Origin: Sedimentisphaeraceae bacterium JB056
GTDB lineage: Bacteria > Planctomycetota > Phycisphaerae > Sedimentisphaerales > Sedimentisphaeraceae
Length of the DNA stretch: 64,000 bases
Assembly: GCA_044440125.1 (NCBI GenBank)
Contig: JBITAJ010000004.1
Location: 160,001-224,000 of the forward strand
Reading direction: 5' to 3'
Every line of letters begins with the position of its first letter. Position 1 is the stretch's first letter. The position numbers and the translations under genes are program-made. The notes beneath the pieces were generated by a model. That model had not been told where the DNA came from, ran no database searches, and saw only the letters and a list, made by a program, of their open reading frames with translations. Positions 20,488 through 30,277 of this stretch are shown piece after piece.

Positions 20488-22548
20488 TCAGTTATCAAAA
20501 TCATAAATCTCCTTTACCGGCCCGACTGTTACCGTAACCACCTTTTCCTTAAAGCTGCTGTTTATATAAGGGCTCTTATAGGTCCATTCGGGAGAAAGGT
20601 TCAGTTCATTGCCATTAATCAGAGGCAGTTTGAATTGCTCATGCTTGTCTGGATAGTAGGTAAACATGGTGATATCTATGCCTTCGTGAGCTGAAACATA
20701 TCTGAGCTGACCATCTTCCACCCGCAGCTCATTCTCCAGTACCTGCGATATGAAATGCTCCAAACTGCCATGTGACTGAACATCCCCTGCATGGATCAGG
20801 TAGCGGTCCTTGGAATCCTCATGATGATTCTTTGGCAGGGCAACATCTTTGGCCTTATTCCATACGTATTGATCATCCAGAAACTTAACGCCCACAAAGG
20901 CATTGCCGTCACTGGCGAAGATCCACCCCTGCTTCTCAGTCTTCTCGAGCATTTCACCAACGAACCGAATATCCACGGCACCGGTATTATAGGACCCGTT
21001 ATCCCCTGCCGCCGGAGGAATTCTCTGCACGATCATCACATTTTTATAGTTCACCCCCCAAAGCGGATGTTGAGGGCGACCGACGCGTTCATCGGCTTTC
21101 GAATACCAGGGATATACCGCGCTGATGTGAATTGGAAGTTCGGGCTCGGTGCCGGGTTTGTGCCGGGCATCGGGATGATCAAACAGCACACCGCACCAAC
21201 GATTCTGCTTGGCGATGCCGTGATATGCAAGCGCCGGGTTCTGCAGATACCCGCCGATTATGTAATGCGGCGTCCTGTAAGCGTAATTCACATGCTTGCC
21301 GTCAAGCTTGAATACGTTTCGAGCATCCTCGTCCCTTTCATAAACAGCATCGTCCATTTCTCCGATAACCCGGTTGGAGATTTCAAAGGGCTTCTCCGTT
21401 GGGAACTCTATCTTTCTAAGAATGATCGCCGAAGCCGGCAGTTGATACGTGCTGGTCTCAAAAACCTTATTGTGACTGCTGCCAAAAAATCGCCCGGCAG
21501 TAACGCCGTACATGATCCATTTGGTTGATTCCCAGGAATTTTTGGCATACCCCGCGCGGCTTCGCCCACCGCCCCGACGACCTTCAACGCTGATCTGGGC
21601 GTCTTCGATGAACATCAGATCCAGCAGCATCTTGTAACGCTTGCGCACCAGCGGATCAGGTGATAGTTCAGCCATGTTCAGGATAGTTGGGGGCGTGTAT
21701 TTCTGATAGGTATCAGAACCTGCCTCAACCCAATGCCCTGCCCTTACACGCATGCCCGGACGGGCCAGGAAATACTTATTATAAGCCTCGTAATGGTCCT
21801 TGGCCTTGTAACCGTCCTTGTAGGAACGATCCTTGTACACCGGATCCTTCATGAACAAATTGTTCATCAGGTAGAAATAAGGCCGACGCAGTATATCGTG
21901 GTTCTCCGTGCCGTGGTAGACCAGCAATCGCTCCGGTGCAGTTTCAGCGATCTTGGATTTCTCGGAAACTATGATCCACATAAACCTCTTCATAGCTGCT
22001 TCTGTTTCAGGCTTGAGTCGCCCAGGGTAGGACTCACTGTCTGCACCAAACAGATAGAGCATCCGCACGTATTCTGGTGTGTTAAAGAACGAGAAGGGCA
22101 GATTCGGGTACGACTCCGGCTTGAAAGTGATCTCAGTGATCTCGCCGGATTCATACTTGTTGATGTACTCGTTGGTGGTATCCAGCAGTATCTCATTCGC
22201 CTCGTCTGTTCTTTCATTCAGGTACAGGGCGACCATTGACCAGAGAATATTGTTCCACTTTTCCACGTTTGGGAACCTGTCAGGCGTGTTGAGGTAGCCC
22301 GTGAGCGCCTGCCTTCTCAATTGGAGCGAAGCTGCGTGAGTTTCGGCCACGACCTTTTCGTAATCCGCGTACTTACCGGCAGCATCTGTTTTCTCTACAA
22401 CCGGTTCGGCTCCCATATTCTGATTGCTCTGGGCCTGCACAACACAGGCGAAAAATAACAATGCCAACACGATGACAGTCTTGTTCATGCCCATCATATA
22501 ATCAAAAACAGAGCAGCTTAAACCACCTATACGTACAACTTTTAACAT
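20488..22548 (-). CDS. Secreted hypothetical protein, possibly lyase-like
   Basis: 686 aa, AAGGAG RBS, signal-like VLALLFFACVVQA, TENH and E..S.TY motifs; visibly more GC-rich than its flanks. Confidence 0.6.
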   Translation of the reverse strand: MLKVVRIGGLSCSVFDYMMGMNKTVIVLALLFFACVVQAQSNQNMGAEPVVEKTDAAGKYADYEKVVAETHAASLQLRRQALTGYLNTPDRFPNVEKWNNILWSMVALYLNERTDEANEILLDTTNEYINKYESGEITEITFKPESYPNLPFSFFNTPEYVRMLYLFGADSESYPGRLKPETEAAMKRFMWIIVSEKSKIAETAPERLLVYHGTENHDILRRPYFYLMNNLFMKDPVYKDRSYKDGYKAKDHYEAYNKYFLARPGMRVRAGHWVEAGSDTYQKYTPPTILNMAELSPDPLVRKRYKMLLDLMFIEDAQISVEGRRGGGRSRAGYAKNSWESTKWIMYGVTAGRFFGSSHNKVFETSTYQLPASAIILRKIEFPTEKPFEISNRVIGEMDDAVYERDEDARNVFKLDGKHVNYAYRTPHYIIGGYLQNPALAYHGIAKQNRWCGVLFDHPDARHKPGTEPELPIHISAVYPWYSKADERVGRPQHPLWGVNYKNVMIVQRIPPAAGDNGSYNTGAVDIRFVGEMLEKTEKQGWIFASDGNAFVGVKFLDDQYVWNKAKDVALPKNHHEDSKDRYLIHAGDVQSHGSLEHFISQVLENELRVEDGQLRYVSAHEGIDITMFTYYPDKHEQFKLPLINGNELNLSPEWTYKSPYINSSFKEKVVTVTVGPVKEIYDFDN

Positions 22549-22761
22549 TATGCATCTCCTTAGATAACTTTCGCAATTTTACAAACATTTAAGCACCGGA
22601 AGCTAAGGCCTCCATTGCGAACTTATATATTATTGTATCCAAAGCTCACAACGCAGGCAAGCTAAAACGGAAAAGTTTGCTCTGTAGAAAAGCTCATTCA
22701 TATAAGATACTAATACCTGCCGAAGAACCCATATGATAGTACCAGCTCAAAGATATAATTT

Positions 22762-22806
22762 CAATGATTTTCAGTTAATTTATCAGAAACGGTAAAGGCC
22801 TGATAA
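22762..22806. repeat. 45-bp direct repeat, copy 2, with TTATCAG/CTGATAA stem
   Basis: Alignment with 20437-20481. Confidence 0.7.
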
Positions 22807-22942
22807 TGGCAAATCCCCTTCAATCCCTTCCCAACTTCATGGTGAAATAAAAAAACAATTTGTCAATAAATCCATTTCGTCTGTGCAAGTCCATATAAGT
22901 CCGCACCTGTCCGTGATGACAAAAAACCTCTTTTATAATTAC

Positions 22943-25900
22943 TCAAATTTCTTCTACGGCTTTTAGTTCTTTCGTTAATTTTTTAAATTTGGGACTTCTC
23001 CAATAATTCTTAAAATCCTCATCCTCTTTAGCTATTTTCTTATAATCTTCGTCAAAATTTATTGTTAACGATAACGCCCAATACATATCTTTGGGTCTTC
23101 TAAGTAGAGAATATGCACATGCAAGATTGTAAAGATCTCTTGGTGTAGAATTTGATTTATCAATAGCCCTTTCTAATGATTTTATCTTCTTGGTCTCCAC
23201 CTTTGCAGCACCCGCATATGCTCTAATTGCCAAGCTAACGAATCTTTCGTTTTCTGAATATTCTTCTAGAAGCTTCGTAGCCTTGTCAATTGCCATTCTA
23301 TTATGACCAAGTACAATCCTGCACAGAATATTGTCATACCTAAGCCTTAAATTGCCAGGTAAAATGCTTAATAAATACTTATTTATTTGTAAAATCATTT
23401 TCCATCTTTTATGCTTATTTTCTGGCAGTTCTATCTCTCTTTTTTGTAATTCATTGGCCATTAATGCAGCAACTATATGTTGGTCATTTGTATCAAATTC
23501 TGATGCTTCTTTAAGCAGTTTTTCGGCTTTACTATAATTTCTCTTTTTTGTATAATATTGTCCCAAATGCAACAGCACATTTGCGTTTCTATATCCTTTC
23601 TTCAGAAGATTATTCCGTATTTTGAAAGCATCTTTCTGTTTATTTAATACGTCAAGGATATCAGCCTTTAAACTTTTAAGTAAATTGTTCTCAGGAAAAA
23701 CTGTCATTAAATAGGTAACAGCCTGATCAAGTACCATTGCTTTATCGTGATAATCATCGGGTAGTTGACTAATACCTCTTTGGGCTAACTCTACCTTGAT
23801 TATTTCTATGATAATATCTTCTTTATCTTTACTTAATTCGGCGGCTTTTAATAAATATCTTTTAGCAAAAGCATATTTATTATCTTCAATATATCTTGAT
23901 GCAATTATTCTATAAGCTTCAACCTTCTTATCTTCAAATTTCCTTGCAATTTTTTTATGGACTTGAAGTTCTTTTTGCTTTTCTCCTTTTACATTGTACA
24001 AATGAGCTAAAACAGCATATCCATCAATTTTATTAGGCTTCATTTTGATAGCATCTTGACAATATTCAAACGCAATAGTATAATTATTATCAGCGGTGGA
24101 TGTTTTGGCAATCCCTAAAATAGCTCTGTATTTATGTTTAGAACAATTTTCTGCAATTTTATTGTATATTTCCAATGATTTGGTCGACATACCGAGTACG
24201 CGATAGTTTTCTGCAATTCTACTGTATATATCAACTGTAGTATCATCTGCAACAGAAATATTCTCTGTCAAGAGTGCTAAATCAAAAAATGCTTTAGCTT
24301 TTTTAACATAAAACTTATACTTCTGCCTCTCTTTTGCTGCCTGATTTAAACATATTTGTCCCGCATTAAAAAAAGCTACAGCTCTTAGTTCGGAAAACTT
24401 ATCAGCTATTTTCTGGCAAACATCAATACTTTCCATTGTTTTGCCTTTAGCATTAAGTATAATTAGAAGTTCAAAATACAGTTTAGAGTGATAAGGATAT
24501 AACGCTATTGCCTTATTTAGCTGGCTTATAGCCTTATCCAAGTCACCTTTGACTATATAGGCTTTAGAAATATTGCTATAAGCCTCTTCTGTATGATTTT
24601 TGAATTTTTTGGCAATATATTTATGCGTCTTTATTTCTTCATCATACCGTTTCTGCTCATGTAGCATAGCAGCTTTAACAGCATACCCGTCAAGTAAATC
24701 AGGAAATTTCTTTATCGTAATTGCACATGTCGTCATAGCCTTTCGAGAATTTCCCTGATTAAAATATGCAAGTGCAATCTTCGCTTGTGCTCCTCCTAAA
24801 CGATCTTTAAATTTCTGTGTTATAGTTTTCAATGTGACAATTTGCTGATCATAATCTTTTTTGTCTGAAAAGATATGGCATAGAAATTCATACAACTCAT
24901 AACAGTCACTGTTAGCTTTAATTGCTTTTCTGCAGTATTTAATCGCATTAGTAAAATCTTCTTTAGCGTGAAATAATGCTGATAGGCATGCGTAGGCTTT
25001 GTATTTGCTATCAGAAAATTCCTTCGCTATCAATTTATAAGTTTCAACTTGAGCTTGCCAATCCTCAAGTGTCTCATAAATTAAAACAAGAGTTGCGTAT
25101 GCTTCTAAACATTTCGAATCTATTTCAATAGCTTTTCGGCATTTCTCAATAGCCGAAGTATATTTTCTGCTCTTTAAATCTATTTTTGATAGACATATCC
25201 AATCTTGTGGGTTATTGGGGACAAGTCGAATTGATTGCCAATAAAACTTATTGGCTTCATCGTAACGATTGATCCGATTAAGCAAATGACCACATGACCT
25301 AAGAAGTCCAGCTTTAACTTCCTTGTTTTTTATATATTTCCGCAAAGCTTTTACTAATTCAATAGCGGGAGTTATATTACTAGCTTCTGTGTGAAAACAA
25401 TCATCGTTTTCAAGTGACTTAACAATATCTTCAAACTTCTTATAGCCCAAAACTAACCCGTCATATTTAATACTAAAATATGAGTCAATATGTTTTTTGT
25501 ATCTGTAACCATAAATCGGAAGAATTTTCAATAAATCTTGATCCCAATCTTTTAGGGCTTGTGCAAAAAGTTCGAAATAGGCACCTACTCCTGCTCTGAT
25601 AGTTTTTTTCTCAAACCAGTAACTCGGAATATCAAACAACAGTTCATTCACGTTATCTTTGAAATTAGATGGCATCTTTTTATTACAAAGTTGCTCAGTT
25701 AGATAATCAACAATCTCATTAATAAGTTTATTAGGAAGTTTTTGGAGTGCTATAGGCGATATTTCTTGTTCTATTCTTTCATCTTTTATTATATAATACC
25801 AGTCTCTCATAAAAGTCCTCGAAAGAGGCTCCTGAGAACTAATTATAGCATGCCACAACTGGTCGGTCATTTTCATCTCGAAATAGTGAAGAACTACAGT

Positions 25901-27514
25901 TGCAATTTTTCTGTCAAAATGAAATAATGGATACAAATGCCTAAGAGCCTCAGTAACTTCAGGAGACCGATCTTCAGATAGTTTATTGTAACTATCATCA
26001 AATAATACAGTATTTTTCCAGCCATCTTCTCTATGGTTCACAAGCCAAAAACTTGTTGGTTTATCTGCTGTAGAAGCATTATCGCTTATAATGTCTAACC
26101 ATTCGAACAATTCCTCATTCATTAGTTCGGCATGATCAATAAAGTACAATACTTCTCTGACTTTTCTCCCTTTATTCCATTCTGTAAAGAATGTTTTGCT
26201 CTCTCTACGTGTATTCTCTCTCACTGGCCTGCCAGATAAAATATAGTTTTGCACACAATCAGACGTGCTACACATCATTTTACTGCCAGACTTAATATAG
26301 AAATCCTTTTTGCTATTATGGTCATCAATTATTTTTGTATTGCTAAACGTATTGACTAACTTATCAATAGGCTTATCAGTAGACTTATTTTTATGTGTAA
26401 CCATGGCGGTTTTAGTTTGACTTAAACTTGTATTGATTGCTTTGGGCGCCACTGAATTAACCAATCGTTCTTCTGGTTCAATTTTGCTTTCATCATGTTT
26501 CAAGCTAAATTGGGTTTCCATCTTTTCTGCAAACTCTTCAACTGATTCTGGTTTTTGAAGAACCAAATTATAAAGGCCACCTATTGGAGAATCTATCAGA
26601 TAATTGTACATACAATTCAGATCAGCAGGACGCATCATAAACATAGTGCTTAGAAAAGTAGCCCTTTCTAATTCGTAAACAAAAAAAGCGTGCTGAATAT
26701 CCTTATATAATGGGTTGTCTTTTTCTTTTTCAGAAAATATTCTAAATTCTTCGTAAAGTCGAAATTTCTTAAAATTGACGTAAAACAACCGTTTTTGGTA
26801 ATCCCTTAGCTTAGCAAAAATTCTTATTGTCAAATTAAAATAAGTCATGTTCCGGAAAAGAGGCTCTGGCCCAGAATTCATGTTAACCAGATTCACACCT
26901 TTTCTTTTCTTAGTATTTGTTACAAAATCAAGAAAGTGACTTCCTTTCGGAATATGTCCATGATCTTTTTTAAGATATTTCACAAATTCAGCATGCACTT
27001 TTGATTCAAATTCTCTTTGGTTGCACTGTGGCTCAACTAAAGGAGCAGACGTTTTCATCCATGGCGAATCATAAGGTAAAAATTCATGTCTGGCATCAAT
27101 TATCCCTTTACCTTCAAAATCAGTAAAAATTAATTCAAACAGATCTTTAACAAACTCATCTTTATTAATTTTCAAATTTTTCCAGTCATTGCTATTCAGA
27201 AACTCATGCAGCCAAAGATTACATGAGAAAGCCTCACAAACTTGAAATGAAATATCTTTGTGTTTTTCCGGTAATGCATAATCAATAATATCCGTGATTA
27301 GTTTGATATTATCGATTATCTGTTTTTGTTGATGAGTATCAATCTTTAATATTATATCATCTGTTTGAGGAAAAACAGAATCTTCTATCTTATATAAATA
27401 TTCCAAAAAGCTAAAACCAGCCAATGCGCGAAGATAAAGATTCATTATCCGTGGCTCTTCACACTTCTCCAATAATTCACGATATTTTTCTTCTTTTTCA
27501 ATAACGTTATTCAT
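22943..27514 (-). CDS. Large TPR-repeat protein with unknown N-terminal domain and possible degenerate NTPase core
   Basis: 1523 aa; many TPRs from about aa 740; C-terminal YNLACAYSLL...AKEDEDF cap. Confidence 0.8.
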   Translation of the reverse strand: MNNVIEKEEKYRELLEKCEEPRIMNLYLRALAGFSFLEYLYKIEDSVFPQTDDIILKIDTHQQKQIIDNIKLITDIIDYALPEKHKDISFQVCEAFSCNLWLHEFLNSNDWKNLKINKDEFVKDLFELIFTDFEGKGIIDARHEFLPYDSPWMKTSAPLVEPQCNQREFESKVHAEFVKYLKKDHGHIPKGSHFLDFVTNTKKRKGVNLVNMNSGPEPLFRNMTYFNLTIRIFAKLRDYQKRLFYVNFKKFRLYEEFRIFSEKEKDNPLYKDIQHAFFVYELERATFLSTMFMMRPADLNCMYNYLIDSPIGGLYNLVLQKPESVEEFAEKMETQFSLKHDESKIEPEERLVNSVAPKAINTSLSQTKTAMVTHKNKSTDKPIDKLVNTFSNTKIIDDHNSKKDFYIKSGSKMMCSTSDCVQNYILSGRPVRENTRRESKTFFTEWNKGRKVREVLYFIDHAELMNEELFEWLDIISDNASTADKPTSFWLVNHREDGWKNTVLFDDSYNKLSEDRSPEVTEALRHLYPLFHFDRKIATVVLHYFEMKMTDQLWHAIISSQEPLSRTFMRDWYYIIKDERIEQEISPIALQKLPNKLINEIVDYLTEQLCNKKMPSNFKDNVNELLFDIPSYWFEKKTIRAGVGAYFELFAQALKDWDQDLLKILPIYGYRYKKHIDSYFSIKYDGLVLGYKKFEDIVKSLENDDCFHTEASNITPAIELVKALRKYIKNKEVKAGLLRSCGHLLNRINRYDEANKFYWQSIRLVPNNPQDWICLSKIDLKSRKYTSAIEKCRKAIEIDSKCLEAYATLVLIYETLEDWQAQVETYKLIAKEFSDSKYKAYACLSALFHAKEDFTNAIKYCRKAIKANSDCYELYEFLCHIFSDKKDYDQQIVTLKTITQKFKDRLGGAQAKIALAYFNQGNSRKAMTTCAITIKKFPDLLDGYAVKAAMLHEQKRYDEEIKTHKYIAKKFKNHTEEAYSNISKAYIVKGDLDKAISQLNKAIALYPYHSKLYFELLIILNAKGKTMESIDVCQKIADKFSELRAVAFFNAGQICLNQAAKERQKYKFYVKKAKAFFDLALLTENISVADDTTVDIYSRIAENYRVLGMSTKSLEIYNKIAENCSKHKYRAILGIAKTSTADNNYTIAFEYCQDAIKMKPNKIDGYAVLAHLYNVKGEKQKELQVHKKIARKFEDKKVEAYRIIASRYIEDNKYAFAKRYLLKAAELSKDKEDIIIEIIKVELAQRGISQLPDDYHDKAMVLDQAVTYLMTVFPENNLLKSLKADILDVLNKQKDAFKIRNNLLKKGYRNANVLLHLGQYYTKKRNYSKAEKLLKEASEFDTNDQHIVAALMANELQKREIELPENKHKRWKMILQINKYLLSILPGNLRLRYDNILCRIVLGHNRMAIDKATKLLEEYSENERFVSLAIRAYAGAAKVETKKIKSLERAIDKSNSTPRDLYNLACAYSLLRRPKDMYWALSLTINFDEDYKKIAKEDEDFKNYWRSPKFKKLTKELKAVEEI

Positions 27515-27516
27515 AA

Positions 27517-28221
27517 TTAGTCCACCTGACTTTGTCTGCTTCTTTCTTTCTTATCAGCGAAAACATCATTATGTACCGGTGTTATATTATGTTCCACACA
27601 GAGTCTAAACCATTCTTTACTCAACCCGCTAATGGTATCATGAAAACAATAGAGATCTTTGTAATCATCACATTGCAGTTCGTTTATATGCCTAAGCTTA
27701 GCAACTATATTATGGGCTCCCCTATAAGTACGCAACTCCTTTGAAACATGCTTAGGTATTAAAATGACAGGTTTAGTAGTTATCAGAGTTAATTTCCCAT
27801 CTATAAAAGAATCAAAAAACTCATTATGACTCAGGGCAAGAGGACAAGCAATAACCGCTTTTTGGTAACTCATATCCATTAAGAGCCCAACAAACTTTTC
27901 TTTCAATTTCTCAAGAGATAATATAAAACGGCTTGGATCATCCTTTACCATAAGATGACTATCATAACCTGATTTTCGAATATCAAAATTTATTTGCTCT
28001 AAAAAATTCTTTATCGTACCTTGAGTATTCTTAAATGACACAGTAATTTCATCACTATCACTTATCTTTAAGTCAAAAAATAATGATCTTTGTTTTATAT
28101 CTGCAGACTCAGTGTCAAACTTAATGTCATCAGGTTTTACGCAAAGAAAAATTGGATGTATATTTGTTTTCATATTATCACACATTTTCATACTATAAAA
28201 GATTGGCAGCCAAAATATCAC
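27517..28221 (-). CDS. Hypothetical protein
   Basis: Long ORF tightly packed between the KAP NTPase and TPR genes; start uncertain. Confidence 0.7.
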   Translation of the reverse strand: MIFWLPIFYSMKMCDNMKTNIHPIFLCVKPDDIKFDTESADIKQRSLFFDLKISDSDEITVSFKNTQGTIKNFLEQINFDIRKSGYDSHLMVKDDPSRFILSLEKLKEKFVGLLMDMSYQKAVIACPLALSHNEFFDSFIDGKLTLITTKPVILIPKHVSKELRTYRGAHNIVAKLRHINELQCDDYKDLYCFHDTISGLSKEWFRLCVEHNITPVHNDVFADKKERSRQSQVD

Positions 28222-29455
28222 TTACTCTAATTTCACTATTAAATATATCAACAAGACTATTCAGTCTTATACTACTATCAAGAAATCTAAATTGGGATCT
28301 ATCCGCCAAAACCATACCCATTGTAAGATGTCCATCTTTATTGTCTTCAATTGCTCTTCTTACCTCTAAAGACAATTCCTCATAGAAATCGTTCCACATT
28401 TCTCTTAGAAATAAAAAAGGCAAAACATCTATATATTGATGATTACTTTGGTTTGTATGGCAAAATACATAATAATTATTAACGATATTCAAAATTGCTC
28501 TAATACTCTTGTTCCCGGATATGTTAGCCATTTTGATAATAAGCTTGCAAATATCACTTGTATTTTCTTTTTTAATAACGCCAGCAAAGAGCTCATTGAC
28601 ATATTCTTGAAGATATCTACTTAATTTATCTTCCTGTTTTGCGGGCAATTCTAAAGTTAAATTGAATATTTTCCTAAAATAGTTGATGGCAAAATTAGAG
28701 CCTAATCCTTTATATCTCTCAACGATAAACTGTTTTGCTACACCGGTATCAATACCGGATATGATTATTACATTAGCAGCCTTACCCGTTTTTTCATTTT
28801 TCGCCACAAACTGATTTTTTAATGCTTCCAGTAGCTTAAGTGCATTTTCTGGCAGACATCGATCAAGATCATCAAGAATAATGATTAATGGTTTTCCTTT
28901 ATTCTTGTCAAAAATCAGATGAGTGAGCTTTATGAAATCATTTTTCGTTGCCTCTACAACATCATCGTATGTCTCATATTGACCTTTTCTAAGTGCAGAT
29001 CTTACGTCCTCCGTAATATCTTTCACCCCCTTATAATCTATTCCTGCCACCTTTTTCCCTAACGTACTTACACCTGATGTAAGCAGAGATAACCCCAACA
29101 CACCCATCTCTTTTATCGCTATCTTAAACTTAGTCTGACATGAGGTGGCTATTCGCTTCTGCAAGGCCATTACAACATCACCAGAATTATCGTACTCCCA
29201 CGGGTTAAACCAGATTACCGGGTATTCGTCCACTGCAAGTTTATTTTCAATGGCTTTAAGAGCTGTCGTCTTTCCAGTACCCCACCCACCATTAAGGGCT
29301 ATTGAATATGGAGGCTCTATATTATTCTCTATCAAATTGACTATTTTAGTAATAGAGCCATTTTCCCCATCATAAAAGAAATCGGCCAAACTGTCATTAA
29401 TCAAAGGGTCAAGTGCAATTAACTTACCATTTGATTGACTTTTCAAACTATCCAC
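28193..29455 (-). CDS. KAP family P-loop NTPase
   Basis: IALNGGWGTGKTT, WFNPWEY, IIILDDLDRC, YFRKIFNLTLELP; GTG start with AAGGAG RBS. Confidence 0.92.
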   Translation of the reverse strand: MDSLKSQSNGKLIALDPLINDSLADFFYDGENGSITKIVNLIENNIEPPYSIALNGGWGTGKTTALKAIENKLAVDEYPVIWFNPWEYDNSGDVVMALQKRIATSCQTKFKIAIKEMGVLGLSLLTSGVSTLGKKVAGIDYKGVKDITEDVRSALRKGQYETYDDVVEATKNDFIKLTHLIFDKNKGKPLIIILDDLDRCLPENALKLLEALKNQFVAKNEKTGKAANVIIISGIDTGVAKQFIVERYKGLGSNFAINYFRKIFNLTLELPAKQEDKLSRYLQEYVNELFAGVIKKENTSDICKLIIKMANISGNKSIRAILNIVNNYYVFCHTNQSNHQYIDVLPFLFLREMWNDFYEELSLEVRRAIEDNKDGHLTMGMVLADRSQFRFLDSSIRLNSLVDIFNSEIRVSDILAANLL

Positions 29456-29753
29456 AACAAAACTCCTTTTAAAACAAAACTTCTCAGTAATATGCTTGTA
29501 TGCAGATTAACCTACAATTACCTATAGAAAATAACTGAAATTTAATAATAATATATTCATAATTAAATTCAAGAACTTAAATCAAATTTATAAATATGAT
29601 AAATATTTTCAATTAGCACAAAACATTCATCATTTTCGTTATCTGTATCAAAAAAAGTATTCTTTTTTCTGATAGTTAGCAAATTCCGTATAATTAGTGC
29701 TTAAACTCTTCATCTCCAGCAACTTATGTCTTTTGCCAAGTACCCTGTGCATA

Positions 29754-29937
29754 CTCCAATAGCAACATAGTATCAAAACACCCCGTTTTCCCCAACTACC
29801 ATGAGACTTTTCCAGATTTCGCCCCATTTTTGAACAAAATTCATCAAAAAGTGAGCAAAAAGCGCGCGTTTGGTCGCATTTGAGACCAGTTTTGGTCAAA
29901 TTCAGGGCAAAAAAATTATACTATCTTGCTATTGGAG
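29754..29937. repeat. 184-bp segment bounded by 20-bp inverted repeats (MITE-, inverton- or structured-RNA-like)
   Basis: CTCCAATAGCAACATAGTAT (29754-29773) versus ATACTATCTTGCTATTGGAG (29918-29937), 19/20 complementary. Confidence 0.7.
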
Positions 29938-30277
29938 ACAAACCAAGTGTCCAAGTTGCTTGCATTTTCGCACAAAATCACCCATTTAACTTGCCCGTAT
30001 CCAGAAAAAAGCAAAAAATCCTCACGGTTAGTTCAATGTGACTACAACTAACTCTAATTCAACAACTTATAAACGCAAATAAATAACCACCGCTTAACTG
30101 ATAAATAAACTTATGCCTATTAAAAGACACAAACGCGCAAGCTGGTTCAAAAGTGGAAAAAAATATTATTAAACATTTCTGTTTTTGTTATACTTTTAAT
30201 TTAGTGAAGGAAATGCCTTGCTGTTTTATATATCAAGGTATGAGAAATGTAACCAGAAATACAAGATGAGGTTTCAT

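Noticed and set aside
27517..28221. Faint resemblance of the orphan protein to a PRTase fold
   Set aside because: No PRPP-binding hhhDDhhxxGxT motif; cannot be supported by eye.
22943..29455. Assignment to QatABCD or canonical Avs
   Set aside because: No QueC or TatD genes, and the TPR protein has no intact Walker A.
29648..29899. 83-aa minus-strand ORF
   Set aside because: Overlaps the inverted-repeat element and has no protein-like motifs; likely spurious.
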